A stretch of 64,000 nt of DNA from Nymphaea colorata (taxonomy: Eukaryota): positions 33,356,001-33,420,000 of the forward strand of contig NC_045138.2 in NCBI RefSeq assembly GCF_008831285.2, given 5' to 3'. Shown here piece after piece: positions 13,546 to 27,694 of the stretch. Numbering within the stretch: the stretch's first letter is position 1; each line of letters opens with the position of its first letter. A model generated the notes under the pieces. The model made no database searches. It saw only the letters and a list, made by a program, of their open reading frames with translations, and had not been told where the DNA came from. Made by a program: the position numbers and the translations under genes.

Positions 13546-16500
13546 TAACAATGCTGGGGCTCAACTGGTCTCGTGTGCAACCTCGGGCAAATAAAAATTA
13601 AAGTGGTTGAATATGGAGAGTAGGAATAGAGTAGATGTGAGGTAAAAGAGAGACAGTCAATCTCTCGCTGGTTGAAAAGAGAGTAGGAGTAGACGTCAGG
13701 TGATGGCATGGATACTGGAAAGCGACCAGTCTGCTCATGGCAGCCAAGTTTTTGAAGGCCACCATCCGTCTGAGCGTACATGTGCAGCAGCAGATGACTC
13801 TTCTCTTTGAACCTATCGTTCAAAAGCAGCCGATCGAGATATTATTTGCCCCTTGTTTGCTTGTGGAACAAGCATGACTTCGCGATCTACCCACAATAAG
13901 GGTACTACGTGCTGATCATGAAATCACTTGGTTGAGTTGCACAAAATTGCCAAAAATCAAACTAAATTGGACCAAGGCAAACTAAACAGAACCACTCATT
14001 TCGAACTAACTATATATTCTTCATATATTATTATCATTCTTAATAAAATATAATATCCCCTTGGCAAGAAGAACTTAAACGAAGAGGATGCTTGACAAGA
14101 AGAAGATTGTGTTTTTCTAATGCACGTTTACAGAATACGTGGTTTAAGAACACCAAGGTCCTGTTTTAAGAAATGTAGTATAATCACGACCAACATTTGA
14201 TTTTTGAATCTAAAAACAACATCCATATTCAAAAGGAACTCTTTCCTATAACAAAGATCATATGCAACACACTATTCATTTTACCAACTTCCATTTGAAG
14301 GTGCAATATCACATATTTATACAGGTTTCCAATGACATTGAAACTTTAGGCATACTTTTTACTATCACTATAATTTATTATTATTATTTTTTTTAAGAAC
14401 ATACATGTAAAGTTTTCTAAAACATGCCTCTTGCGCTTCTCTAGAAGCTTCGCACTGCAACACTTTTCATTGAAGGCCACGATATAAAAACAAGTGTTGA
14501 TCATGTGATATTAGAATGGACCCAATCATGTGGTCAAGAGCGGAGATTTATTTATTTATTTATTTATTTTTTGCAATTAAAGCAAAGGGGTTGAGACTTG
14601 TGGCAAGATGTGGTTGCTAGTGATCCAATAGTCATATAATAAAGATGGCACATAATATATGGTGAAGGTCCCATACATATCAAGTGGGTGGAATTAAGTA
14701 ATCATATAAGTAAACAAAAGTTAGGGTTACAGGCGCACATCGATGATCACAAACGTAAAGTATGAAAATCAAGGAAGAGCTGCTGATGATGTCCCTTGCA
14801 GTATACCGCAAGAAAATATTTTTTTATGAAAGGAGATCTCATGTGGCAAACTGGGGACATTTCTTTCACTGTCAACGTTTCATAGGCAAATGCCAAGATG
14901 ACGATCTATGGAACAAAAAACAAGTGGTCGTATATGGTTGCTGTTGCATTAGTTGCAGTCTTGGTGCATCAAAAAATTTTTTTTTTTTTCCATTTTGTAT
15001 TGTTTAATTTTATTTTTCATGGTTGAAGTGTGGCTGGAAAGGGGAGACCGATTGAGACATGGGCGAAAGTTTTTTCTTGTTGCTTATAGACAGCATTTTC
15101 ATTAATTAATTATAGATGGGTGGTTCGGACATGTTTGTTTAATTTATTCTCTTTTAAAATATGGATCATTGGTAGTTGTTTCAATATGTATATTGAAACT
15201 TCTAGGTTCTTAATATTATTATGACTTGTTCCAAGGAAAATCATTTAAAGTTGGAATTGATAAAAGGGAGTGGGACGAGCCTCCTTAGCTGTCAGATAAG
15301 GGCACCAGTGGCTCGACGCTCATGAGCATCGCTTCTTTATCAAACAAAAAGCGGGTTCGAACCTTCTTAGATCGGGAAACTCTTGGAGGCTGTCGATCAC
15401 TATGGATCTAACAGCGACTTTTCCATATTCAATTGAAAAACAAAACGCAAAAAGGAAAAAGAAAAGGTGCAGAACATTCACTTTTCCATGGCATGGTTCT
15501 CCACCAGAAGCATAATTCTCAAATTTCGGCCGCATAGACTCTAAATCTTATGAACAATTCGACAAAGAAGCTGGCGCTAGAAGAACATGGGCACCTGACG
15601 AACTTATTTCAAACTTCACATAGAAATGCAATTTGGCTCGTCTTCGGTCTTAGTCCACTGGCACTACTAAATTGGAAACTTGTGCTGATGAAATCTGACT
15701 TCAAAATCTGTTGCTTGTTTTTTCCCTCTCTTTCCTTTATCACCCGGAAGAAGGCAAAACCTTCGCCAACGATATCTCTTCAGGAATTTGCTACTTAGAG
15801 GTTTAGAGTTCATACGTGGGGCAATTTTCCTGGCTATCAATCTCAGTCAAGCTTCAGCTTGACGACAGAAAAAGGGAGTATGCAAAGGAAATGGCAGAGT
15901 CGGATGAGTATTTGTTTTTATGCATAGATTCATCGTTCAAACCCCATCAGCATCGCCTCCATGTGCAAGCCGATGCTATAACCATACAACATGAGGTCCA
16001 GAAGAACATACAAGCGGTTTTCATCGCTTCTACCAAAAGCATCATAGCAGAGTTCGCTTCATCTCATTGGAGACATTAAAAGGAGAACTGCCCGTTAAGT
16101 CTCTCTCTCTCGCTCTCGCGATGTCATTGTTGAATTCGCTAGACATTTCTCAACATATTCCACCATTTACTAGCTGGACATTGCAAATGTTTGATGTTTC
16201 GAGATGGCCCAGATGGCATCTGTCTCCCTGCTAGCTCATGATATGTCGCAGCATCTTCTCCTGATGCCTAAATTTGATTCCTTTGTGCTTCCCCTTTGCT
16301 GTTTTTCTTTTTTTGATTCATCCACGTTATGGACAGGAAATTCAGTTTAGACTCTTTTGTGGACATGAATTCTGATTGAATTTTGAATGGATTCCTTTTT
16401 AATCTCCCTTAGGGTAAGGGTTGGTAGCTGAGTAGTTCAGACATCGACTCCGCTCCCAATGAGTAGCCTGTTCAATTTGCTCTGGTGTTTAATATTTCCA

Positions 16501-17095
16501 AAAGCTGTTACCACAACTGTGGAATTAAAATATTGTGCCATTGAATTGTTCCAAAGCAAAAGTTAAGACAAATTGTTCAGATGGTAGGATCGTCAATGGT
16601 TGTGTTTGTGTCAGCTTACAGCTTTCTCATGTCTTCCAAGCAACAATTTGTTGGGTCTTGGAATTTGTCTGGTGAAAAGGGCAGCCAGGGTAGTGCATTT
16701 AAGATTAAAAAAAAAATATGCATATAAAATTCAACGCCAACCAGATCGAGTCAGAAATAACCGAGAAAAATGGCATGCCAAACCAACGCCTATATATTAT
16801 CAGGTTCAGTATTAGAGAATCTGGCTGATGTCAAGATCAGAATAAAAACAAATTCATGGCTACTCTCAAGAGGAGTTTTATGCTAATACCATGGGGATTA
16901 TTGAGAGGGGATCTCCTTTGAGTTTGCCTTGAAATCCTATCCATTCAGAACACTGAAGTCGAAGACATTGTCGTTTTCAATATTGACTGTAACAGGGTTG
17001 TCCAACTCACATTGAAATTCTGGAATAACAACCTGCTGCTAAACCTGCATTTGTACAAGCCTTTGGTTAGAATTTATGTGTTAGAGCGTGCATAA

Positions 17096-17165
17096 ATTCT
17101 ATCTACACCTGGATTAGTATCAGCAAGCATATTCTATCTACACCTCGATTAGTATCAGCCAGCAT
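17096..17165. repeat. 35-bp tandem duplication (2 copies)
   Basis: attctatctacacct(g/c)gattagtatcagc(a/c)agcat at 17096 and 17131. Confidence 0.85.
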
Positions 17166-19047
17166 ACAGCTATTCAGGAAGTTTAATTCACTAGATCATG
17201 AAAGGGGCAACTCAAATACAGCAACTGCAGAACACACTCAAACACATGAAAGCTCCAGATTTACAGTGTAGAAGGCTGTTTTACGACCTTCGATCCCAAC
17301 TCATCTGAGATGCCTCCCATCTTGAGATCATCAGAAAAGAAAGCCCGAAATTTCATAAAAACAAATACCAACCAGATATTAATCACAGAATTCTTGACAT
17401 TTCGATGGTTCTGTACATGCAGCAAAGGACCAATTCATGCCAAATGCATTACAACTTGTTACGCGATGAAAGTCACCTGCTTGACAGAAGCCATACAGAA
17501 TTTAGATCATCATTATCATCTGACAGCCTTATCCAACTATGTGCAGTTGGCTTCACGGGTTCTATTTCTTCACAGTTTGCTATGAATATCATCCATCCTT
17601 GAGTGGCAAAAGTTGAACTTGTGAGGACGATGCGCCAGACTTTTCACTTTCGCCGCTTCAGTTGAAACGTTTGTCATCATCGAGTTCAATAAAAAAAGAG
17701 TCAGTATATCACAAATTAAATTCCACACTAGCAAATCACCAAAGACAATGAGTGTTCATTTCAGAAGTTAATATTTCCATGAACATGACTTTTGCAATAA
17801 TTGATAGCCAGGTTGGAGAGTAACCCTCAAGAGGTTGAGCTACCGCCTCTAGCTCTTCCTGTCAAAGATCAAATGCCGAGAGCTAATATATACTTGGTTA
17901 TTCTTTACGCTTTGCCCAAAGTTTTTCCCATCCTCAACTCCGTCAAGAACTCGCACTACTTGAGTGTGTGTAGACCTCAGTCTGTAGTTTAGTCTGTCGA
18001 CAGTCATAAATGACACTATAGAGCACTCTGTCATGCCAAGTAAAGAGAGTCGGTGGCTTCTAGTAAGTGCTTTAGGTATGCTTGAAGAACGTTTGCTTGG
18101 ACAACAACTCTACACAATCACCATCAGAAACCAAAAAGGTAAAAGAAGATCACTTCAGGCATCTTGGGTGTGAGAAAGGAGGAGACCTCCATGCAGTACA
18201 AGGTTGCTCAAATTTAACCATCTTATATCCCTATAAATCCCCCCTGACAGATTTTTCGTTCTCCAGTATTGACACTATCGGCAATTATAGTACAGTGTAC
18301 TAAGAAACCAACGAATTTCATCAAAGAGATAGCAGTTCAAGAAAAAGACCGACCAAAATCTCCGCTAGCGATTTTTCAAGAAGTAAACAGGATGACATAC
18401 AAGAAAATTATGGGAATGGTAAGATGTACTAGTTGTCTGAGCCAACTGAATGACACCCAAGCAAAATTCTTCAGAAGGTTTATGTACTGTGGTCGCAAGG
18501 AGGTTGGTCTTCTGTCCTATGGACGATGTAGAAGGAGAGAGACAGGAGGAGCCTAATATACCGCGCACGAGGCGGAGGAGCAGAGAAGCTGCGGTCTGTC
18601 ATTAGGAGAGTCTCGAAGCTTCACTCATTAGGTTCTTCAAACTAAATATGAACCTTTTGACAGCCAACTTTGTTACCGTGCATTTCTTCCCCCTCAAGTG
18701 ATTAGACTCCTTGAAACTGAACAAATCTGTGAAATAAGAAGACCAATCTAGCAGTCTCAAAGTCCCACTATCCATGTTTGTTGAAGTACCAGTCACTTGA
18801 TCAATCCAATCTAATTCCTATATACCGAAATTCTATCTATCTCAGATTCCCATATGGTTATTTTGATTTCAAAGAGCATAGCCCCAAATTTGTCCAAGTA
18901 GAAACAACAAAAAACTGAACTAACAAAGTAGAAAACAGAAAGAAGAAAAATATGGTCTTAAAAAGAATGGATTTCATATAATTTTTTCCGTTCTTCCCCT
19001 TTTGGCAACAAAAGGAAAAACAGAGAGATGTACAAAAAAAGAATCAG

Positions 19048-19392
19048 CTACTCGTAGTCGAATTCGAGGTTCTCTTCCAGCAAGCTCCACGAGTACTCCA
19101 TCAATTCGGGGCTTAATCTGATCATAAGGACACAAAACTCCATTTGATTGAGCGCTCCATCACCATCCGTGTCCCCTTCCCTCAGCATCCCCATCACCTC
19201 CTCATCGCTCATCCCCTTCAACCCCAGCACCTCCGCGTTCCTCTTCAGGCTCTCGAACGTGATGACCCCTCTCTGCGGGTCCATAAGCAAGTTGAACCCA
19301 TTGCATAGCTCGTCCATCAGCCCCTCCGCCCCCAACTTCTCCGCCATCACAGGCAAGAAATCCTCGAAGTTCTCGACCATGTTTGAGGCCAT
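19048..19392 (-). CDS. PBP1: Single-EF-hand calcium-binding protein, PBP1/KRP1(CMI1)/KIC family, 114 aa, intronless
   Basis: MASNMVENFEDFLPVMAEKLGAEGLMDELCNGFNLLMDPQRGVITFESLKRNA..MLREGDTDGDGALNQMEFCVLMIRLSPELM. Family signatures FEDFLPVMA.KLG.EGL..ELC.GF.LLMD and EF loop DTDGDGALNQME are present. ATG at 19392. Confidence 0.93.
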   Translation of the reverse strand: MASNMVENFEDFLPVMAEKLGAEGLMDELCNGFNLLMDPQRGVITFESLKRNAEVLGLKGMSDEEVMGMLREGDTDGDGALNQMEFCVLMIRLSPELMEYSWSLLEENLEFDYE

Positions 19393-19529
19393 TCTTGCGC
19401 CGCAAATGATAATCAGAGGCAGTGGTGTTGGACAGAAAGAGGAAGAAGGTATAAAATTAATGAGAGGTATCACCAAAAATTGAGGAGGAGGAAGAGTTGA
19501 TGGGGAGATGGGGAGGGGAAGGGAGGGGA

Positions 19530-19693
19530 ATATATAAGGAGGGGTGTGAACCCTGTGAAGTTCGAGGAAGGAGAGAGGTTCTTAGATGCCAACAAGGGGA
19601 CAGAAGGAAGGAGCATAGCTGTACAGTGTTGAGCTTGTCTCCCTCCCCTCGTTCCTTCCTTCCTTCCCATCTTCTGCGAAGGGTCTGGCGCGT
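19530..19693 (-). promoter_or_regulatory. Putative TATA box and CGCG (CAMTA-type) element of the EF-hand gene
   Basis: TTATATAT on the minus strand at 19537-19530, ~140 bp upstream of the ATG. GCGCGT at 19688-19693. Confidence 0.4.
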
Positions 19694-22257
19694 GCTGACC
19701 TCCGCAGGAATCCGATAATTTCTCCTCGCAGCGAAGTACCAATAACGCCCCCCTCTTTCGTCAGAATTCATCTGCGGCGGCCTTTTCTCGGTCTTCGTCT
19801 TTGATTTGGTCAGAGAGGGCCGTTTGGCGATGCGGCGTTGAGGGGGACCGAGTTCATGAACTTCAGGCTTTTTGACGGTCCATTCGCGACCAAGTTCGTG
19901 TTCCGAAAATAATTATTAGGAAACCTGTTTTTCTTGATTTTTTTTCTTCTCGGAAAGTTCCCTACCCACTTCACAAGGCTAAAACATGGTGCCTGTGCTT
20001 GTCGTTTTAGCTTTCACATCAGCGCTTCTCTCCATTTACTCGTGCACTATGTATGGTTTGACCGGTCTTATAAAAAATCGAACCGGCTAGGCCAAGTCGG
20101 TGCATCAGCCGATTCATTGGTTCGGCTGACCACTTTTGTGAATCATTTAATGGTATTATTGAATTTACTTTTTTGTAAAAAAAAATAAATACGAAAAAAA
20201 ACCATGTAAGATGATTAATTAAACATAAGAAAAACCTTAAAACATCAATAATAAACATGAACTGCAGTGGCACATAACATCCCTGTGATGACCAATGAAT
20301 TCTAACGACCCTGGTCTTGACATTAGATAGTTTACCAAGTTTGGCTAAGTCTGGTTTTGATGCCTACCGGGAAAGAGGTCTCTTGAGAAGGGATTCCGAC
20401 CAGAATTCAGACCTATTTAATAACATTTGGTCAAATGAAAATATAGTCAAACGGTAATCAAATTCAGATTCACTATGTGCATCGGATATAGTTTTGTGAT
20501 TGAACCTTCATCGGAGTTCGAGATTCAACAAAGCACGGGACCTGATCACATGCAAGTGTATGATCTGATTCAAACTACGTTTAAAAATTCATGCCCGAGT
20601 CTTATCTGGCCGTCAAATATGACGCAAGAAGATGTGAACTGAGTGAGAACCCTAAGCATGCATGGAACGTGAACAAGTTCCAAACGATCTCAACTCGCTT
20701 GCCGGTGGAAACCAGAGCAATTTCTCATCCGCAGACGTTTACAACGTGAATGATATATTGTAAGAAAACGACCACATGGAGATCTTAGTTCTCTTTGAGA
20801 AGATGATCTCTTTGAGAAGGGTGATACATGTGCAATTTGAAGCAGTGGGGGTGGATCTGGCCTTGTGCTCTGTGCCGAGGCAGCCAGGGACAGCCTAGAG
20901 TTCTAAAATGGACAGATAAACAAAACTTTTTTTGTTGGAGATTCATTCTATTACTTAATTACTTAATGCAGAAGAGTGGCTGCAAATTTTATCAGGAACA
21001 GTGAATGTGGCTGGCTGGAACTTGGTTCTGCTCCTCCATCACGTTCCCGATATACTAACTATTTTAGTGTTCATTTGCTAGCTGGTTCTAGCTGCATCGT
21101 TCCGTCTGGTACTCCTCAGAATATTAAAATCCTGAGATCTGGCCTTATTGCCTCTACGTTTGTGGACAGGTCGGAATTGTGTCCGATCAGGTTGCCTTCC
21201 TATTCATTCATCAAATAACAGATATATCTGCTAATATCTTAATTTGTCTTCTTTTCTTTCGATTCCCAACCAATTGCAAGAGCCAGAAACACATTAATCA
21301 GTCGGCATCTCTCTTCTTTTCTTGTGCTTGACACAGATAAGCCAGTCTGGAGTTGAACTGGCCTGATAAAAATAAGATCATTAATCTTGAAATTCTTACG
21401 AGATCTGCTTATGTATGAGATTTTCGTGTTCTCTTTGATACTCATGTTTATGTTTAGAAAAATCGATGAACATGAGCAAAGTGGTAAGATGGCTGCAGAT
21501 TTGTTGAATGACGGGGGACATGCTGAAGTGGGAGCAGCATCTAGGGGACAACACTAGCACGTGAACAAGCTAACTCGCTCTGCTGACACGAATTTAATAG
21601 TTAAGATCTTTCAATTAGTTAAAGTAGCAAATGAGATTGTTTGCTGGTTGAGTTACACTTATCTTGCAGCTCTGTACTGGAAGATGTTAATTTAAAATGA
21701 CTTCTCCCTGGTGTCCAACTTATTAGAGATTTTATATAGTGACGTCACAACTGATCTTTATCTTTTGAAACAGTACCTGCTAAACTCGGCTTTCCAATTA
21801 CTTTAATTCATTTTGGCAGACCAACACAAGATAAGGTCGAAGCGGAAACCAATCGAATTTGAATAAGATAAACTGGATAATATCGTTCTAGATTAAAAGC
21901 TAAAAGTTTCCGGGGTAGAGAGTTAGAGAAAGATCATCTTCTTGTTCAAATAATATTGTAAAAAGCACCTCTAGAACTTGGATCTTGAAGCAGCTCTAGA
22001 ACCTGGATTTTGAAGTAAAACTTTGGCCTCTTCGAAGTACCTCCAACATATTAAAAAATATAAAAAATGATGAGTGAAACTTGCACAATATCGGCAACTT
22101 AATAAAATTGGCCGATTCAGCCTTCATTTTTATAGAGTTGGCTGCATTGTACACCTGGGTAGGTGACTGGAGCTCATGGAGCCGCTAAGCTTAGGGAGGT
22201 CCACTGCTCTTAATACCCGTGGAATACAGTCACATCTGCCGTTCGTAGCAGACACGC

Positions 22258-22441
22258 GACTTCTTTGACAAGACAGAAAGAAACTACAGTACCGTGGAAT
22301 GAGTCCTCCTCCCTAGCAAATGCGAAACTTCTTTGACAAGACAAAAAGAAAACTCCACAGAAAGAAAGTTGAGAACTACAGGACCATGGAATGCGTCCTT
22401 CTTCACAGCAAATGGGGGACTTCTTTGACAAGACAAAAAGG
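22258..22441. repeat. Short imperfect tandem repeat (~70-90 bp units, ~2.5 copies)
   Basis: acttctttgacaagaca occurs three times. The first two copies are followed by aactacag.acc.tggaatg.gtcct..agcaaatg. Confidence 0.7.
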
Positions 22442-23265
22442 AAGACTCGCGTGTAAACTTTTCATTGGCAGAGCCGAGGAGGAGGTCCGTTGGTTTCTGC
22501 GTTCCAGTAGATATGAAAGTTTTGATTTTTCTGATAATAGTAGGTACTGATTTGAACTTGTGTTAGGGATGGGTTCTCACTGAAATTCGATCAATCGAGT
22601 GCCGGGTCTCCGTTTTTTCCAAAGCAAAACAATGTTTTTGAAATTATAAAGCATTGCCATTCTTCTTGCATCACGCAGCATATATGAACCTTTTTTAAAA
22701 AAAAAGGAGGCGGTAGTTTAAGATTTTTTGTTTTTAAATGTTCTTTTAGACTTTTAATTTTTTTTCACTACATGTTTGTCTTTACAAAGAAATGTTCCCC
22801 TTTTTATGATCAAAGGTATTATGATCATTATGTAGGATGGTGCAAAATTTTTTGTGCAGCAGAAGGCACATATTATTAATGATCCCTTACAAATGACCAT
22901 GCTTTATGGGTTAGAAAGGACTAAAGTATTTTTATTTAAGGGGTGTTTGATGGTTTGGAACTTTGGTTGAAGAATCAAAATTTTAGTATCACAATTCTTC
23001 CTTAAACTGGAATAAAATCAAAATTCCAGGTTTCAGTATCTTAATTCTAAAACCAAAAATAGCTCGTTTGTTTAATAATTCCAATTTCTTAAAAAATGCA
23101 CATTTTGAGATTCTAAAATGACATGGTTCTAAATAAGTCAAACGTCCACTTAGTTAAATGGAAGACTCTCTCCATAGGTGTGAAAGTGGGAGCAGAAAAG
23201 TTTCCTTATCAAACTACCATGATGCCTTGACGTGTCCTCGGCTGCGCCACCAATTGTGTCACCAG

Positions 23266-23580
23266 AGCTCGACTTGGGCTCAAGCTGTATAAGTTTGGCC
23301 TCAGCTAGCTCAAGCCTTGCTGATCATATTATCATAAACGAGTCAAGTTAGACCTATTATATTGATCTCCATGGAGTGGTTAATAAATCGAGCTTGAGTT
23401 GCCTTTTGCAATAAAAACTAGCTTTAAGTTCCACTCCACGCAGATTTGTGCATCTTTCTCCAGAAATTTTTCTTTCTTCAAATTCAGCTCGAGCCTTGTT
23501 CAGCTCTATGGAACCCAGCTTGAGCCGAAGGCTAAAGCCCAGCACGAGCTCGATCGGCTTGCGCTCAGCCAAGCCAAACC
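23266..23580. mobile_element. Degenerate MITE-like element with AGCTCGAGC/CAAGCT sub-repeats
   Basis: Repeated gagctcgac, gctcaagc, aaacgagtcaag, tcgagcttgag and agctcgagcc motifs in both orientations. Confidence 0.35.
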
Positions 23581-25094
23581 TCCAAGTATGTCCCGATCTC
23601 AATGGCCGGAACCTTCACGAGTCTTGGTTTGGCTCTGTTGTGGGTCCCGTATTGCATGTATCCAATCAAAAGATTTTGTAAATATTCAAATCAATGTGTG
23701 GCCGAACGCATAGAAAAGTTCTACTGCACAATCCATTGGACCAGCACGTCTCTTAATTATGAACATGACAAAGCTGAGCGCGTTTTTAGCAGGACTAGTT
23801 TCACCAACATTGTTGTAACACGCCGTATGTCTGCAAACAGTATAAGATCTTGACGTTTTAAATATTGGGATATGAGCGAAAATACATTTCAACTTCTATG
23901 TCCTTGTAAAATCATGTAAGCACATCCATATTTTTGTAGCCATGGGGATCGAGAATATTATATTTATTTTTTGTTTTAATGAGATTAATTCAGAATATAT
24001 TAAAAATATGGCGATATTAATTCAGAAGTGATACTACTTCTTTGGAACCAGATCGAAGTGTAGACAACTGTGTGGATCGAAAGCGAGACGTGAATTGGAA
24101 GCACGCGTCGATTCCAAGATTGGCACGTTGCCGTGAAGGACATGTGTCCGCGTGGGGACTTTTCAAATATCTTTGTCAACCACCAAAGTTGGTCGAGAAT
24201 AAGGTTTGAACTTAGAAACTTCAAAGATCAAGTGGAAAATAACACCACTGTTCTTGATTTTTCAAAGCCCGAGTGGAGACGTTCAGATTTCGACAGCCGT
24301 GCAAATCGATCCTGGATTGGATTTAACAAAATATCTGCGTCCTCAGATGTGTTTGGATTTGGACAACCTCTTTACAATTGGTTTGGTCTGCAGCCACCTT
24401 TTTTTCATCAGACATAATATGTTTTTATAGCCACACTTTATTAGATCCAATACTATTATAACCTTTTTTTTTTAAAAAAAAATCTTCGGATTACATCAGA
24501 GTTAATGGTCAGATTTTCTGGATTTGGTTTGAGATTCGGCTGAGGTGATGGTATATTGGATTGGCTCTTTGATCTATCTGTACAAAGCTTTAATATATTT
24601 TATTTTCTGATGACGCCTCTTTGAACAACGATGACGTAGTTTTTAGGTGGAGGCCGTCTTTATTTTCACCAACTCTAAGTTACGTACCCCTCGACTTGTA
24701 CCCAATGAGCGAACATGACTCTTGGTTAAGTTGAAGATTCGAATTATAATTCAAACGAAATGCTTCTGCTCGTAAAACAATCCGGGAACTGCGATCCCGC
24801 GGCCACAAATTCTGCAGGAAATTCCATTATATCCAAGAGAAACATGAAGTCAAATAGGAGACGTGTGACCAAGAACCGAGTTTTTCGGTAATCATGAGTC
24901 GTTGTCATCTAAATTGGCCGCGCGGATTAACCTCCTCCTACGGCATTCATGTCTATGACTCTATATAACTCTTTCCCACCTGCAGATGCAAACCTTTTTT
25001 GTGCAGAGAAGAATCAGCCTCAACAGACTGCACGCCTTGAGAAGAGATCGATTTCCTCGTTTCCCGGTGCTTCATTTCATCAAAGAGATTGAAA

Positions 25095-27661
25095 ATGGGA
25101 AGTACAAGAACAACCACCGTCAAATTACGGGCAGCTTTGGTTCTATCAGCGCATTTCTTGATTCTGTCATGTTCAGCCTTCCGTCTCTGCTCTGCATCAA
25201 GTTCCATCACTCCTGGACAACTCCTGAGAGAAAACCAGACCTTGGTATCAGAGAACAAGAGTTTCATCTTGGGGTTCTTCTCCGGTAGCTCCGGGAACAG
25301 ATACTTGGGGATATGGCATGTGCAGAACTCGATACAAAGGGTCATATGGGTGGCTAACAGAGAACGCCCACTCACGCGGAATGACTCAATTGGAGTTTTC
25401 AAGATCGATGACAACGGAAACCTCTTAATTTTAGATGGACGGGGAAGGACACTTTGGTCTGCCAGGTCTTCGTCGTCGACGCCGCCGCCGGCTCAATATG
25501 AGAACTGGATTGCTCTTCTGCAGAACTCCGGAAGCTTGGTGGTGAGTGGCGGGGATGGGAGAATTGTATGGCGGAGTTCGGACCAACCACCGGAGCTTGC
25601 CGGCGCGGGCCGACTGGAGAACGGCCGGTTGCATCTTTCTCGTCGTTTGGCATCTGCAGGTTAGTCTTATCTATCCGTAAGACCAAGTTCTTCAGCAATA
25701 TTGGTTCTGTAAAGATGGCTCAAATGTTTTGATTCCTCAACGTTCAGGCCAAGGACAATAAATGTTTGTTTCATCAACTTGGTTCAACATTTATGAAAAC
25801 AAATTCACGATACTGAAAGGAAAAGCAAACAATCACCGCCTCCGAAAACGTTACGTTCCTGCTGTGATATTCTCCGAGAAATTAAACATTTCGGGGCACA
25901 TCATATTCCATGTATTGTTCATATGTTTCTGCGGTTTACGATTTTAGACGATTTAATTTCAAAGGGAAAAAAGAAAACCCACAAACGAGGAGGTCTTTAC
26001 ACGCAGATACATTCAGAAAATCGAGATCTCCTTTCAGCTGTGGAGCTCGTAGGGACGACCTTAGCAGTCTATTTCTGCTGCCATTTTTTAGCGACACATA
26101 TGGATACCGAAGCCATGTTAGGTAGGAGGTGCGAAAAGGAACTAATTATCCCCTAATTAAGTAAACGATCGCCTTTCTAGAAGAATATCACACCTGGAAC
26201 TTAACATAACTTTTTTGTTTGACTCTGAAAAAAAAAGGACATATTATGCATTGTTATTTGTTATACTTGAAGTCTTTAGCCTTGGTGGGTTCATGCAATG
26301 ACCTTAACTGGGAGGTTGTTTAATACCTGTGACTTGCATTCTGAAAACTAAGAACTAATACGAAATTTGTGAGTCTTCTTACATATAGAGCCTGCGGTAT
26401 CCTTGAATAATTGATTTTCGTTTGTTCATTCTTCATTTTTGGTGTTCAGGAAGTACGACAAATACAGGGAAGAAGATAGCCATTGCAGTGGTTGTGCCCT
26501 TCGTGGTTGTTGGCTTGGGAACACTCTTCCTCTGCTTGTGGTGGTCCAAACGAAGAGAAAAAGGTATCTATTATATTACTTGTAAATAGTTCTCGCCATT
26601 GCTGACTCAAAAAGGGGGCAAGAAAAAGGAAATTTGGTCTAGGAAAGAGTTTGTCTCAACTTTCAATTAAAAAAGAGAAAAAGGCAGATAGTTTGACTGT
26701 CTACATCTTATTAAAACATCTTTTACAATCACACCGTGGAAATAAGATTGTGTGCTTGGAAGATATATTCCAAGAACACAACATTACTCTTGTCATATAT
26801 AGACCCTAGTTTAATTAAACATTTGTGTTTCGACCATTCAATACATCCCCGCACGAAGCAACAAGAGTAGTCAATGCTGCCAAAATTAAATTATTCCTTC
26901 TCTCTCCTTTTGCAAATTTGTTCTTTTCATACCTTATCATTATTATTGGTGTAAATGGTCGGTTTGTGGATATCTTAAAGAGAATCTAGAACTAGTTCTT
27001 GCTGACGCATAGATAGAGATGTAGTTGTTAATAACAAATTAAGTATATGCGAGACTACAATGTTATATATTATACCCTTCATCAGACCCAAGATGATGGA
27101 TTTATACGAAAAGCCGAAACTCCTTACTACGATTGTTTCCAAAACCAGATTAACTTTAAAGCCACAACACGGTTTCATGAACCATTCACTAATCAACTTA
27201 AGATCAGTTTGTAAGGGAGTTCATGAGATCGCAACATCTTGCTGGCCATGTCTGACCATATTTGGAAGCCGGTTCGAGTCAAACCTTGCACGATATATGT
27301 GGATAGTTTTCATATACCAAACCCGATCGAGTTGACCGGGTGCAATTGGCTAGTCACCTAACACGGGGCAGTTAAATTGCCCAACAAGCACACAAGACCA
27401 CATCCCTCTCTGCCAAGTCAAAACTGAGATTACTAAATGATGGGTGCTAAGCTGCCAGCATACACCATTTTGCCCTGGCCAGACAGAAGGCAACACCCTT
27501 AGTCCCAAAATCAACACTCCCCAATATCATTAGGATACCATGCTTTAAGTATCTCATAATCTCAAAGTCAGTGCTTCTCAATACCATAAAAATACAACAC
27601 TTCCATACTCAAAGCGAGGACATGGTTACTACATGCCACCCAGCTTGATTGGTTGGTTGTC

Positions 27662-27694
<33 letters not shown>

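Noticed and set aside
15300..18800. Many 60-95 aa ORFs between the BBX and EF-hand genes
   Set aside because: No family motifs or consistent exon chain; treated as chance ORFs.
25243..25253. TGGTATCAGAG, a PBS-like sequence
   Set aside because: Lies in coding exon 1 of SD gene A (LVSE codons), with no LTR context.
27449..27461. AAGCTGCCAGCAT, a 13-nt match to miR167
   Set aside because: Flanks do not match the mature miRNA and no complementary star arm or hairpin was seen.
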